A program made the translations under genes and the position numbers. 64,000 bases of DNA, taken from Vicugna vicugna (lineage: Eukaryota). The DNA lies in NCBI GenBank assembly GCA_013265495.1, contig MU058687.1, positions 1,674,001 through 1,738,000 on the forward strand. The letters are read 5' to 3'. A model generated the notes under the pieces. That model made no database searches and was not told the origin of the DNA. It was given only the letters and a program-made list of their open reading frames with translations. Every line of letters begins with the position of its first letter. The stretch's first letter is position 1. Positions 52,321 through 64,000 of this stretch are shown here, in pieces.

Positions 52321-54734
52321 CCTGATCCCACTCCATTCAGATGCCCTCTTGTGTGAACTTTGACCCATATGGGGCCCCCATCCTGCTTGAATAGCCTCCT
52401 TGTGCTGCCCCTCAGCTGCCTTACCATCCCGTCTGCCATCTTCGTCACGTGGCTGACTGCCACTGGGCTTCAGGAAGAAAGGTCTGAATTTTGTTTGTTC
52501 TTTTTTTTCTCTTTTTTTCCTTTTTGGGTCTGAACTTTAAATGTTGGCCAAATAATTCAAATTAAAAAAAACAAACAAACAAAAAACCTTTGTGAGTAAT
52601 CAGAACTTGATTAGTAGGTCACACCTGAGACTAATGGGATCTTTGATCGAGACAATGAGAAGAAAATGTTGGAAAATGGGTACCAGAGATGAATATGGTC
52701 TGTTTATTGCAGTTTTTAGTGAGAACTGGAAGATCTCCCTGGGTTAAGAGGAAGGAGGAGCATATATACCTGCTTTTCCTCTCAGTGGTCTTCTATGCTC
52801 GTCCTTGGGCTGACTGAAGTAAAGAAGGTAGCACTTTTGCCCTTTGGGGTAACTTTTCCAGTGAGCTTAAGTTTTTCTTGTTTTTGTTTTCTATAATTCT
52901 TACTTCTTGCTGCTTATGTTCTGTGGAACTGTAACATTAATAATCTTGTCCTTCCTGAGTTTTGGGATTTTGCCCGTGCAATAAGGGAGATTAGGAAGAA
53001 GGAAACTTATTTTTCAGGGATGAGGTCCTATTGAGAAAGGGAGTATAGGACTGACAGATGTGCTGGGTACCAGTTCCCAGTGACCTGCCAGGCCTGTGCC
53101 AGTCTTTTCATGTCACTGACCAAATTAGATCAGGTACTCGGATGTGGAAGAGATGAAAAACCTCTTTCTCTGAAGCAGAACCTTTTCCCTCCCTCTAAAT
53201 CATAATTTTGGGGGGAGATGGCAGGGGGTATGACACCGTGAGGTAATGTCTGGTGGAGGCAGGCAGCCTCTGTGGGGCCTGTGTGGGCCCCCTTTGCATT
53301 TCACAAGAATTTAGAGAATGACTATTTCCCGCTTGATTGGAGAACCTCAGAAGAAGGAAGATTGGGATATATAGGTAAGGTTTGCTCTCCATGGAGTGAC
53401 ATGGCTGAAGTTAAGTGATAACTGCTGCAAGTTTCTGGAAAATCTGAGATCCTTCTCATGCATGGTAATGCTTATCAAACTCTTGTCCCTTAGCCACACA
53501 TGCCTGGTCAACATTTTCTCTGTGTCCACATCCTTCTTCCTGGCCTCATGTTTGTTTATTTTAGTTTGGGGATTTTTTTGTTTGTTTGTTTTTTTCTTTT
53601 TTCTGCTTCTCTTTCTTCGGCTTTTGTGTATTTCTAGTGCAGGGAGTTAGGGAGCAGAGATAGTGGGTGAGTGAGAAGAAATAGAGAAGAGGGAAAATTT
53701 TAAATGCTGCCCTTTAATGTGGTAAAAATTCATTTTGACCTCATAGTCTGAGTAAGCACATGTAAATAATTTGTAAATCATAGGAAAATAAACTTGTGGC
53801 CTTCCAGGATTTTTTTTCGCACACTTGGATGTGACTCTGGGGAAAACCACTTTAGTGCAGGGTGATATGGGTATAGTGGTATGTAAACAGGGCTTGATAT
53901 TTACCATGACCATTCGACTCGAGTGTCCTTTGTTGATGTTGAGCATCACTGGAAAGTTTTCTCTTTTCTTGGCTACTTCCTTCAGAGGCACATATATTTT
54001 ATACTTTGGTCTTCGTTTGGCAATAGTCCAGGATATCAAATTGCTGCCCTGTTTTCTGTGGGCTCCATGTTTAATCCTTCTGTCTTTTGCCTTCATTCCA
54101 AGTTCAAGAATTAATCTCACTATGCGCCTATTTATGTTGCTCTGAAGACCTAGGCTTTGTATGCTATTAATGCTGCCATTCTTGTTTTCTTTATTTTGTA
54201 GATCAGTTCTGTTTTTTCCATGGATGTGAGTTCTAAGTCAGTATATCATTTTGCTTTTTTTCTTTTTGCTTGATATTTTCCATAGAATACTCTAGTACCA
54301 GGCATTGTATAGGCACTCAAGGTGTTTCTGGACCAGCTAATGCCCATCATCCATGGCATTCTATATACAATTTCCCTGATTGTGAATAACTGTTTTCATT
54401 TTTCATCCTTCCTGTCAGTCTAAGGTTCTGCTTCTATATCAGAGAAGTGGCATCTCATGGTTAAGAACATGGGTTTTGGAGTCAGTGTGATTTGGGGCTA
54501 GTTACTTAATCTTCTAGCTCATATTTTAATTTTCATATCTATTTTTAATACATATATAGATATAATCCTACCCACTTCAGAGAATTGCTTTAAGGATTGA
54601 ATTAAATGTGATATTACACATGAAACACTTAGCATGGGAGTTGGCAGTTAGTAAGCACTCAGTATTCGAGGAGGGTGTCACCCCCCCCATTAATATCTCA
54701 TTGATCCTGTATTTCCTTGAAACCCTGCTTCTGA

Positions 54735-54917
<183 letters not shown>

Positions 54918-56548
54918 TAGAAGTGGAAAGTCACCATGTTGCACTGGAGGAAAACTTTACGTTTATATCCATGTAACTTAGCGAAAGCTGTCAGAGTCAT
55001 TTAAAGTAGTTTCAAGGCATATCTGCTGCTACTTCTCTGTTGCTTGCCCAGTTACAGCGTCGCCTTTCTCCACCAAAATGTGCCTTCCTTCCCAAGTTTC
55101 ATCTTCCTCATTGTCTTCCCTCACTTGACTCAGGGGTGGGAATTTTATAGGCATATGGAACTTTTTAGAAGTCAAGAAATTAGGTCATTTGGCAGAATGT
55201 ATCAAAAGCTTCAAAAATACTCAAACACTTTGACCCAGCAATCCCATCATTTCTAGGAACTTCACCTTAAGAAATAACAAAGGATATGCACACAAAATCA
55301 GAGACAAGAATGTTCATCACGGTACATAGTCAGGTGGAAGAAGCAGGTTACCAGACAGTACATGCAATTTAATTTCTTTTTTAAATATGTAAGATAACTA
55401 AAGCTATTTTTCTCCCCTGAGGGGGTAGGTAGTGGGGGAAGAAAGCTAGAAAGATATATACTAAAATGTTAACAGTGCTTAACTATAATGGATAGGATTA
55501 ATGGGTGGGTGATGTCTGTCTGCTTCTCTGTGCTTTTATGTATTTCCTAAATTATTCTAAAAGAAATACTTGTATGATCGGGGTGGGGGGGGGGTAGTTA
55601 GGAATAAATTAAAGAAAGAAATGAGGCCATCTCAGAAAAGGATTCAGTGGAAGGGAGTACCAACCCAGCTGTGTGGAAATATTCTTTCTGTTCTGTTTTC
55701 TTTCATCCTGATAATTTTGCCAGAAAATGGAAAAATAAAAAAGAAACCCAAACAGTTACTTTCTACTCAGACTAAAAATAGGTGCCTAGAAGTGCCAAGG
55801 AAAGAAAGAAAGAAAGGAATCTGGAAGTGATGGCATAGCTGCCGAAGCTGTATAGATTTCATTGAGTGTCCTGTGATTGGTGTTTGGAGTTGGTTGGAGG
55901 TATAGTAACCTTCACTCTGGAACATGAGCGAAGATGCACCTGGTGGGTGGCAGGATAGTGGTAGGGAATAAGGGGGTGGCTGCAAAGCACAAGTTCCAGA
56001 TTGCAAGGTCCTTCCAACAGTCGTGGGAATCTGCCCCATTTGCCACTTTGCTGCCATAACGGTGTTGTACTTCATCACTTCTGTAGTGGCTCCAGTGAGT
56101 CCTGCCTTGGGTGATACCTTAGGAGGTACCCAAAAAGCTGTGTCTATCACTAGGCAGTAGGGAGCTTGCTTCAGATGCCAGAGCAGTTCTGTGCAGAGTT
56201 AGCTCATGAAAATGCTACACTAGATTAGCTCACTAACCCATCCAGACTCACTTCTGGTCTAAACATGGCATTAGAGGTTGTTTTGTGGGCTCATGTGACA
56301 TGTACCTCAAAGGCAAGGTTAGTGTCCCCAAACATTTCAGTCAATTTATTGTAACCATTCTTAAATCTGTTACCTTCTCTCAAAAATTCCTTCTACTCTT
56401 TCACAATGCATAATTATTTGGTTAAGGAAGAATTTGCCTTTTTTTGCCCTACTCTCCTCAGTAAGGCAAGCTATATGCATTGTCATTTCAATGGAAGAAA
56501 CTGGTACAAAAGCATATATGACAGAAAAGACCAAGAAAAAGTGAGTGA

Positions 56549-56917
<369 letters not shown>

Positions 56918-57454
56918 TAGAATATGGAGAACAACAAGCTTACCATGGCTCCCCAAATCCCTTTTCTTGTTTCTAGTTTGGAAGACAGAACTTTCCCCTT
57001 TAATCTTTAGTGAGTTTATCCTTCTTGAATGATGAACTGCTGACTAAAATACTGTTACCTTTTCGCATAACAAATTGTCTGTCTCCATATTGGCCCCAAG
57101 TTCACATTTTTCTAAGGCAATCTCTCTCATTCATGTTGCTGAATTGGAGAATGGACAGGATCAAGTTTGAGTACAGGGCTTGGAATCAGGATGGACACTA
57201 TTGCTGAGCCTTGAGCAGAGTGGGAAACAGCATGCCCAAAGGCCTATCTCAGTCCACAAAGGGAAGGGTGAGAGGAGTGAGAAGGGGGCAAGCATCCTTT
57301 TCCATTCTGTGTCTGTGTTTTGTCATAGGGAGGACTCTTGAGTCCATCCCCCAGCACCTCCATTCTTGACTCTACCTCATGCTTTCTCCTGGAGGACCCA
57401 TTCACAAGACTGCCACATGGAGACTTTTTTAAATGAGCACGTGTGCTTTTATAG

Positions 57455-57649
<195 letters not shown>

Positions 57650-60600
57650 TAACACATTTTGTAGAAAGGGGCTTGGGAAGTTGGGATGGGATCCTGGGGT
57701 AGAGAGACTTAGTGATTCTGCAGGAGTGAAATGTACGTGGTGGACTCTTATTTCTAAGCTCGTGTAACATATGCAGATCCTACTCAGAGGCCAGTGATGA
57801 GCTTAGCTGGAGGTCCCCTGAGGACTAACTAGCTTTCTGTGTGGGAAGCAGGGATTGGAACTAAAGTGTGGGTCTCTTTGTCAGAGTGCAATCAGAAAAA
57901 GTCTGCAACGGACTGTACAGGAATCCAGCTCTAACAAATATATTCCAGAGCTCTTTGGCAGCCAGACTGGGAACTGTTCCAAGACGCTCTGGCTGGTACC
58001 AGTATGTGCTTTCTCCCATTTTCCAATGACTCCTCCTTTTTGTTTTAGTCTTCTTTCTAGTGGGTTCCTCACCCCCCTCCTTCTTTTTTCCCTTCTTCTT
58101 CCTCCTCCTCTCCTCTTCTCTCCCACCCCTAACTGCCTGATTGCACAGAGAAGGAGTAAGAAATAGGTCACGAGTATACTGGACGGGGAAGCCTGTTGCC
58201 CAGTGACCCGCTAGCTGTGACTGTAGCACCGAGGGTACCCGTGCACGTTTGCTCTCTGTGTGGATGTGAGCCTTTTCATGACTGCCAGTATGAGTGTCCG
58301 TGAAGTCACATAGGCTTTCAGCAGGTGTTAGGCTGTGCTAGTAAAACATACACGGTAGAGTCGTTGATGGGGGACAATTACAGAATACAGGAATACAGAA
58401 GTAAGGACATGAGAGTCACAGCTTGCTTAGGGGGCAGGCGAACAGGGAAGTGAAGAACATGGGCTTTAGAGCTTGACAGACTTCGTTTGAAACCCACTGT
58501 ACCCCTTACTAGTTTTCTACTCTACCCCTGTTTCCTCAGCTATAAAATGGCACCTACCTTCTGAGAGTACCTTGAAGATCAAATGAGATGATAGATGCAA
58601 AGCACTTGGCACATGTCTGGGCCTTAATTTGTACTCCATAAAAATTACCTTTTTAAATTTTTTATAATTAGACATTATAATTTTTGATCTCTTTAAGAGA
58701 TTATCATAAGAGTGTGCACTTGAGGGACACTAAACAAAGGGAAGTGTTGGGACTCTAAATAGACGATGGTGGATAAACCAGGACCTAAGATTATATAGGA
58801 AAAGAAGAGGTCATAGTATCTATATCTTTTTAAATTGCAGATATATTCATGTCTTCTAAAACCCTTAAATCACTTCCTAGGCTCAACTTGATATGACTTA
58901 AAAGTTTCTAAGGATCTGACCCAGCTGATTTTTGTAGAATTCCATTTCCCCTCTTATACCTTAGAATCCAGCAGTACTGCTGAGGACTTCATCCCTTTGT
59001 ACATGGATGAGTTCTGCTGTCCAGCTAGAAAACTTTCCTCCTGTCTGCCTTGCACATTCCTTGCACAGTCTGAATTGTAAGACTCAGCTTGACATGCCTC
59101 CTCCAGGAATCCTTGCCTAACAAAGTGCCCGGTTGCGCCTCCTGTCTTTTGCTGTTCTATACTTATTCCATTGTATTCTTTTCTTACCTGTAATCACTGA
59201 GCTTATCTTCCTGAATTCTTATAGTCACTATGTCTCCCCTTCCCCTCTCACCCTGTTTCTACCAAACCAAACCTTCTGCCATCTCCCTGGACTTCCAAGT
59301 CCTTTCCTATTCCTTTGCCTGTGTGCCTGCTTTACCCTGTGTCTGAAATACCTTCGTCATGTTACTTTACCTAAAAGATTACTGGCGTCTTTTCAAGATG
59401 AGGTCAAGTATCATTTCTTTAGTAAAGTGTTCCCGAAGTCTTCCAGTCAGAGTTAGCCTCCCTCACCTCCAGCACTCTGTTCATAGTCTGCAGTGGCACC
59501 TGCATGTCACCTGGTGCCCATTTATGTTTCAGTCTCCCCCACCTGGACTGGAAGCTCCTTGAGGACAACAAGTCTCCCTCGTGTTTGCTCCTTGTATGTA
59601 TAACAGCATTTTCTGCTATTGGAGGACATCCAGGAAATGTTTTTTTGAATAAATGATTGGTACTTGCTTTAATTGCCTTTTGGTGGCCTGACAGTAGGCT
59701 TCCCAGTAGATCTAGTTTGGTAAAGGGCCTAGAGCTCTTAGAATTACTGCAGACTGCTTGAGGAGGGGGCCTGGGGAATGTAACTCCAATTTCAAAAAAC
59801 TTATTAGATTAAAAAACAGTTTCTTCCATATATACTTGGGCCTTCTATGAGGGTAAATTTCTAGTAGCTCTTAGTGTAAAAGTCTTTGTTCTAGGAATCA
59901 TCACAAGCTCTTCTGAATGTTTCCTTTTCTACTTTGTTTGATTACCTGATTGCCTTTTGGAAGTCTAAGAATTTCTTGACCTATTAATGGCATTAGAAGT
60001 TCTGACATGAAATCAGCAGTGACTTTCTCTGACTCACTGAAATACCCCCTAGAACTGTTTCATCAGCCATGGGTCTCCTTTCCCCCTCCCTGCTTGTGTG
60101 CATCTGGAGTTTTTTAAGCTGTTGACTATCTTCTTGGCTTTTGTGGCTCTAATTCCACTTCCTGTCAGCCCTGGGATTTCGTGTGCTTCATTAACCTCCC
60201 CCCATCAGAACTGATTTTGTGTACGTTTGTATATTTGTGTGAATCTCTCTGCCTCCCACTGGTTCCCAACCTCCTCTGGGGTTTAAGTTCCAAGGAATAA
60301 CTGGGTTTTTTCTTTTCTTTTTCATTTGTTGTAGAGTAAACAGGAATTGAGAGCTTCCCAGAAGAATTTGGCTTGAATTAAGGAGCATTGGTGTTTTAGA
60401 GGAAGCCAATAGTCCGGTGATGGGGTTCACTGTATTCCTTTGGTTGTTGTTTCTGCTCTTCCACGTCATGCGGATCTTTGCCAGGAGTGTTCCATTAGTA
60501 TCTCAGTGTTTCTGGCCTGGCCAATGATTTCTTTCCCACCCTATCACCTGTAGTGTCCAGCTCTGTTTCCAGATACCTTCAATATTCCCATTCACTTGTT

Positions 60601-61600
60601 TATACGTTTAAGTATTTTTCAGTTCCCACTGTGTGCAAGGTATAGATTATGAGTCTGTTCCTCTCAAACCAAATTTCCCATAGAATGATATATACAAATA
60701 CCTGCACTGTATTAGTAGCATTTAAATGTAGACTTAGGAACCTTCACAAACTATCAGAAGCTTAGCCATTTACTGCTTTTCCATTGATTTGTATGTCTGG
60801 AAAGGACCTCAGAGAATAATTAGTTTGTATAAAGAAATTGAGACCCTGAGAAATTAAGACTCCTGCTCCAGGTTCTCGAGCTAGTAAGTGAGAGAACTCA
60901 GATGAAAGAGACTCAGCTTGGAGAAAAGGTGTCAGAAGATGGGTTTCAGCAATCAAGTCATCTTGATCACAGCACTCTTGATCAATAGAATTTTTGATGC
61001 CTCTTCAATAAAATAGATTTTTGACAATCTAATTTTTACTGCTTTTAAGATTGTGAAAATGTGTACCATGTGAAATATATGCTTAAACAGCAACCTTTTA
61101 AATATGCTTAGGAAATTGGCACTGTGAGATAACTGGCTATGAGAACAGCTTTTTTTTTTTGAACAGTTGGAGAAAAACAGCCAAAAACAACAGGATGTTA
61201 GCTATCCTTCAAAGATGCTGCTGCTGACTAGTGGCTTCTTCTGTGTGTGAGGATGGCTGAGGTGACAGGCTGTGACCCTGGTGCTCTATAGCCTGAGACC
61301 ATGTGAACCAGCTCTCATGCCACTTGTAAAATTGATGACATTGGCCTTGTTTAGGTCAGAGGCCAATGACATCTTTGCTCAGGACAAACCAAGCTCAGTG
61401 TACTCTGTCTTATTGAATGTTTGGTGGGTTGGCCTTTTATTGATGTTGTTTAAGACCATTTCACAGGGTAGGTTGACATTCTTAAAGTGAGGTTGTCCAT
61501 AAATATTTGTTGAAGGAATGAAAGTGGACAGCATACCTTTTATAATGTAAACTACTTGACCAACAACAATAAAAATGAAAGTCATCAAACAGTTCACTTT

Positions 61601-61750
61601 AAAAACATTTAAACATTTTTAAAAATATTTTGGGGCAGGGGGAGGTAATTAGGTTTATTTTATTTTTTTAATGGAGGTCCTGGGCATTGAACCCAGGACC
61701 TTGTGCGTGCTAGGCGTGTAGTCTACTGCTGAGCTATACCCTCCCCCCTC
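61601..61750 (-). mobile_element. tRNA-Ala-derived SINE
   Basis: Same head (gcattgaacccaggacc...gagctataccc) with the T-rich tail to the left. Confidence 0.9.
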
Positions 61751-62047
61751 GAACAAATGATGAATGCTGAAGAGGCTTTGGAGAAAAGGGAACCCTCCTA
61801 CACTGCTGGTGGGAATGTAGTTTGGTGCAGCCACTGTGGAAAACAGTATGGAGATTCCGCAAAAGACTAGGAATAAATAGACTTACCATATGACCCAGGA
61901 ATCCCACTCCTGGGCATATATCCAGAAGGAACCCTACTTCAAAATGACACCTGCACTCCAATGTTTGTAGCAGCACTATTTACGATAGCCAAGACGTGGA
62001 AACAGCCTAAATGTCCATCAACAGATGATTGGATAAAGAAGCTGTTG
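61751..62047 (+). mobile_element. Young L1 fragment (ORF2 3' region)
   Basis: ggagaaaagggaaccctcctacactgctggtgggaatgta...atcccactcctgggcatatatcca...aaatgtccatcaacagatga. Antisense ORF 61734..61976 shares [25 protein letters not shown] with ORF 44178..44405. Confidence 0.9.
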
Positions 62048-63854
62048 AACAGTTCACTTTTAATGATTTTCTTTTCTGACTCATCCCATGCTCCTGTTTA
62101 GGTGGGAAGGGAAGTTTACTGCAGAAGGGTCTTAGTAGAAAGTACCTACTCTTTGTCAAGCATTTTTCATTAGTTATTTCCTTTAGTCTTCTTAACAGTT
62201 TTGTTGGTATTTATTACTCATGTTTTATAGACAAGGAAAAAAGATTCAGAGAGGTTAAATAATTTGTCCCAGGTCATGCTGTTAATAAATGGTGATGCCA
62301 AGTTTGAGAGCCAGGTCTCTCTGGCTCATTCTCCACCCACATGCAGACAAGTTCTGATGTGTCCAGCCATTTTTGGCATGACCCGCATCCTGGATTCTCC
62401 TTCTACCCTCCTGTAACTAGATCTCAGGAAAAATGATATCATCCTTTTTAGCAGATCAGGCCTGGAAAAGGGGACTCTTTCTGCTCTCATCAGCAGTACC
62501 CAGTTCTAGATATTCCTTCCAAATCTACCTTTACGTATGGTAGCCAGATACTATATTGATTTATTGAACTAGGTAACAAATTGGCTCAGGGCTTTTTCTT
62601 TTATTTAGTTCATTTTCCAGTGGGATTTAGATCTGCTCTTTTTCCAAGTTCTCCTTCTGGACCCCAGATAAGACTCCCCACTTAGGTTTTCAACCCCAAT
62701 CCAAAGCCAAAGTAAAGAGAATTTCCTTTATACAATAGCATTTGACAGACAGCGAGCACTGACTAATGTCAGCACTTTCCAGTTTCCGGGATTACAGCTT
62801 CAGCTGGGACTTCATTTCTGGAGAGGGCTAGTGGGTCGATTCCAAAACTAGTGCTGTGATATGTTTAGTAATCTCTTAGGCCTTGGATACATTATTATTT
62901 TCTCTATCAAATCTTTTCTTTCCTTCCCTTCCTAGACCATCTTTTATTAAGTTTTTCCTTAATATGTCTAAATCTTAATAGGAATTTCTGTTATTTCTAT
63001 GATTGCTGGCTTTATTATGAGTATTTCAAGTCGGGTGGTTAGGATTATTTTGGAGAAGTAGCTACAAATTATTTTGTCTTTGTCAAAAGTTGTAGTGTTT
63101 TACACTTGAAAATAAAAAAAATTTTTTCCTCTCTTTTCCTTTCTTTCCTCTTTCAGTATTTCTTGATTGCTTGGTGTGCTTTGTGTAGTGCAGGCTGTTT
63201 GGTGTAGGTCAGTGAATGAGACATGGCCCCTGCCCTCAAGTCGTGGGAAGGAGCAGACATGAAATGTTACATGACAGCCCAGTAATAGAGTGACTCAGGT
63301 GCTCTTGGAATATATAAGGAGCTGCCAGCTTTACCTGGGGAGTCAGGGAAAGCCATTCCTAGCAGAGGGACTGTGACATGCAAAATGTAGTGTCATGGCA
63401 GGATGTGGCATTTTTTGAGATGGAAGTTCAATGTGACTAAGTAGAGCCTGCACTGGATGAGGTGGCAGGAGGTAAAGTTATGGAAGTAGATTGGGGCCTG
63501 ATTGTAAAGGACTGGTGCGTTTAAATTCATGCTGTAGACAACAGCCCCTGCATTTTGGATCAGAGGAACACTAGGATTATTGTTTTTCCTTTAACTTTTA
63601 TCACTATTTGTCCCGAAGCTTGGGATGACAGAATTTCAATGAAGGGGATAGCGTATGACATTATTAGAAGTGACTAATTTAAAATCCTCCAGGAACCATC
63701 CTGGCAGTGGTGTCTCTTGCTGGGCCAATTCACTGCCTGTCTCTCTATCTGACTGTTAGATTTGTGTCTCAGAAAGGCAATTCTGATGGCCATGTGGAGA
63801 ATAGGCCAGTGCTAGAGAAATGATTTGGGAGTAAGAGGTATGCAGGGATAATAT

Positions 63855-64000
63855 ACACTTAACCATGTGACCCAGAAAGCCCACTCATAGGTATTTACCC
63901 AAGAAAAATGAAGCCATGTGTTCACACAAGTACCTTTACATGAATGTTTATAGCAGTTTTATTCACAATTGCCAAAAATTGAAAGAAACCCAAATGTCCA
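63855..64000 (+). mobile_element. L1 ORF2 3'-region fragment running off the window
   Basis: gacccagaaagcccactcataggtatttacccaagaaaaatgaag...aaacccaaatgtcca. Confidence 0.8.

Overview
Mammalian genomic DNA, probably a camelid, judging by the tRNA-Ala-derived SINE family present. Two genes lie head-to-head across a CpG-island promoter at about 9.87-10.64 kb. ERG28 (C14orf1) is complete on the minus strand: a noncoding exon 1 plus four coding exons of 133+91+119+80 = 423 nt, giving a 140-aa protein that ends in a KKXX motif, with AATAAA at 586-591. TTLL5 (tubulin polyglutamylase) is on the plus strand and runs off the right end: a noncoding exon 1 plus coding exons 2-12, 1042 nt in one continuous frame with GT-AG junctions throughout. 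The rest is intron rich in L1, L2, MIR, MLT1 LTR, hAT/mariner MITE and lineage-specific SINE remnants. Nearly all ORFs in the supplied track are spurious or repeat-derived. I found no evidence of a new gene system. The observations most worth following up are regulatory or structural: three upstream AUGs in the TTLL5 leader, a competing splice donor in TTLL5 exon 2, a promoter split into NF-Y/SRE-like and NRF1/RFX halves, two CTCF motifs, a SINE nested in a SINE, and a SINE plus inverted L1 fragment inside one target-site duplication. Gene and repeat family names come from recognition, not database searches.
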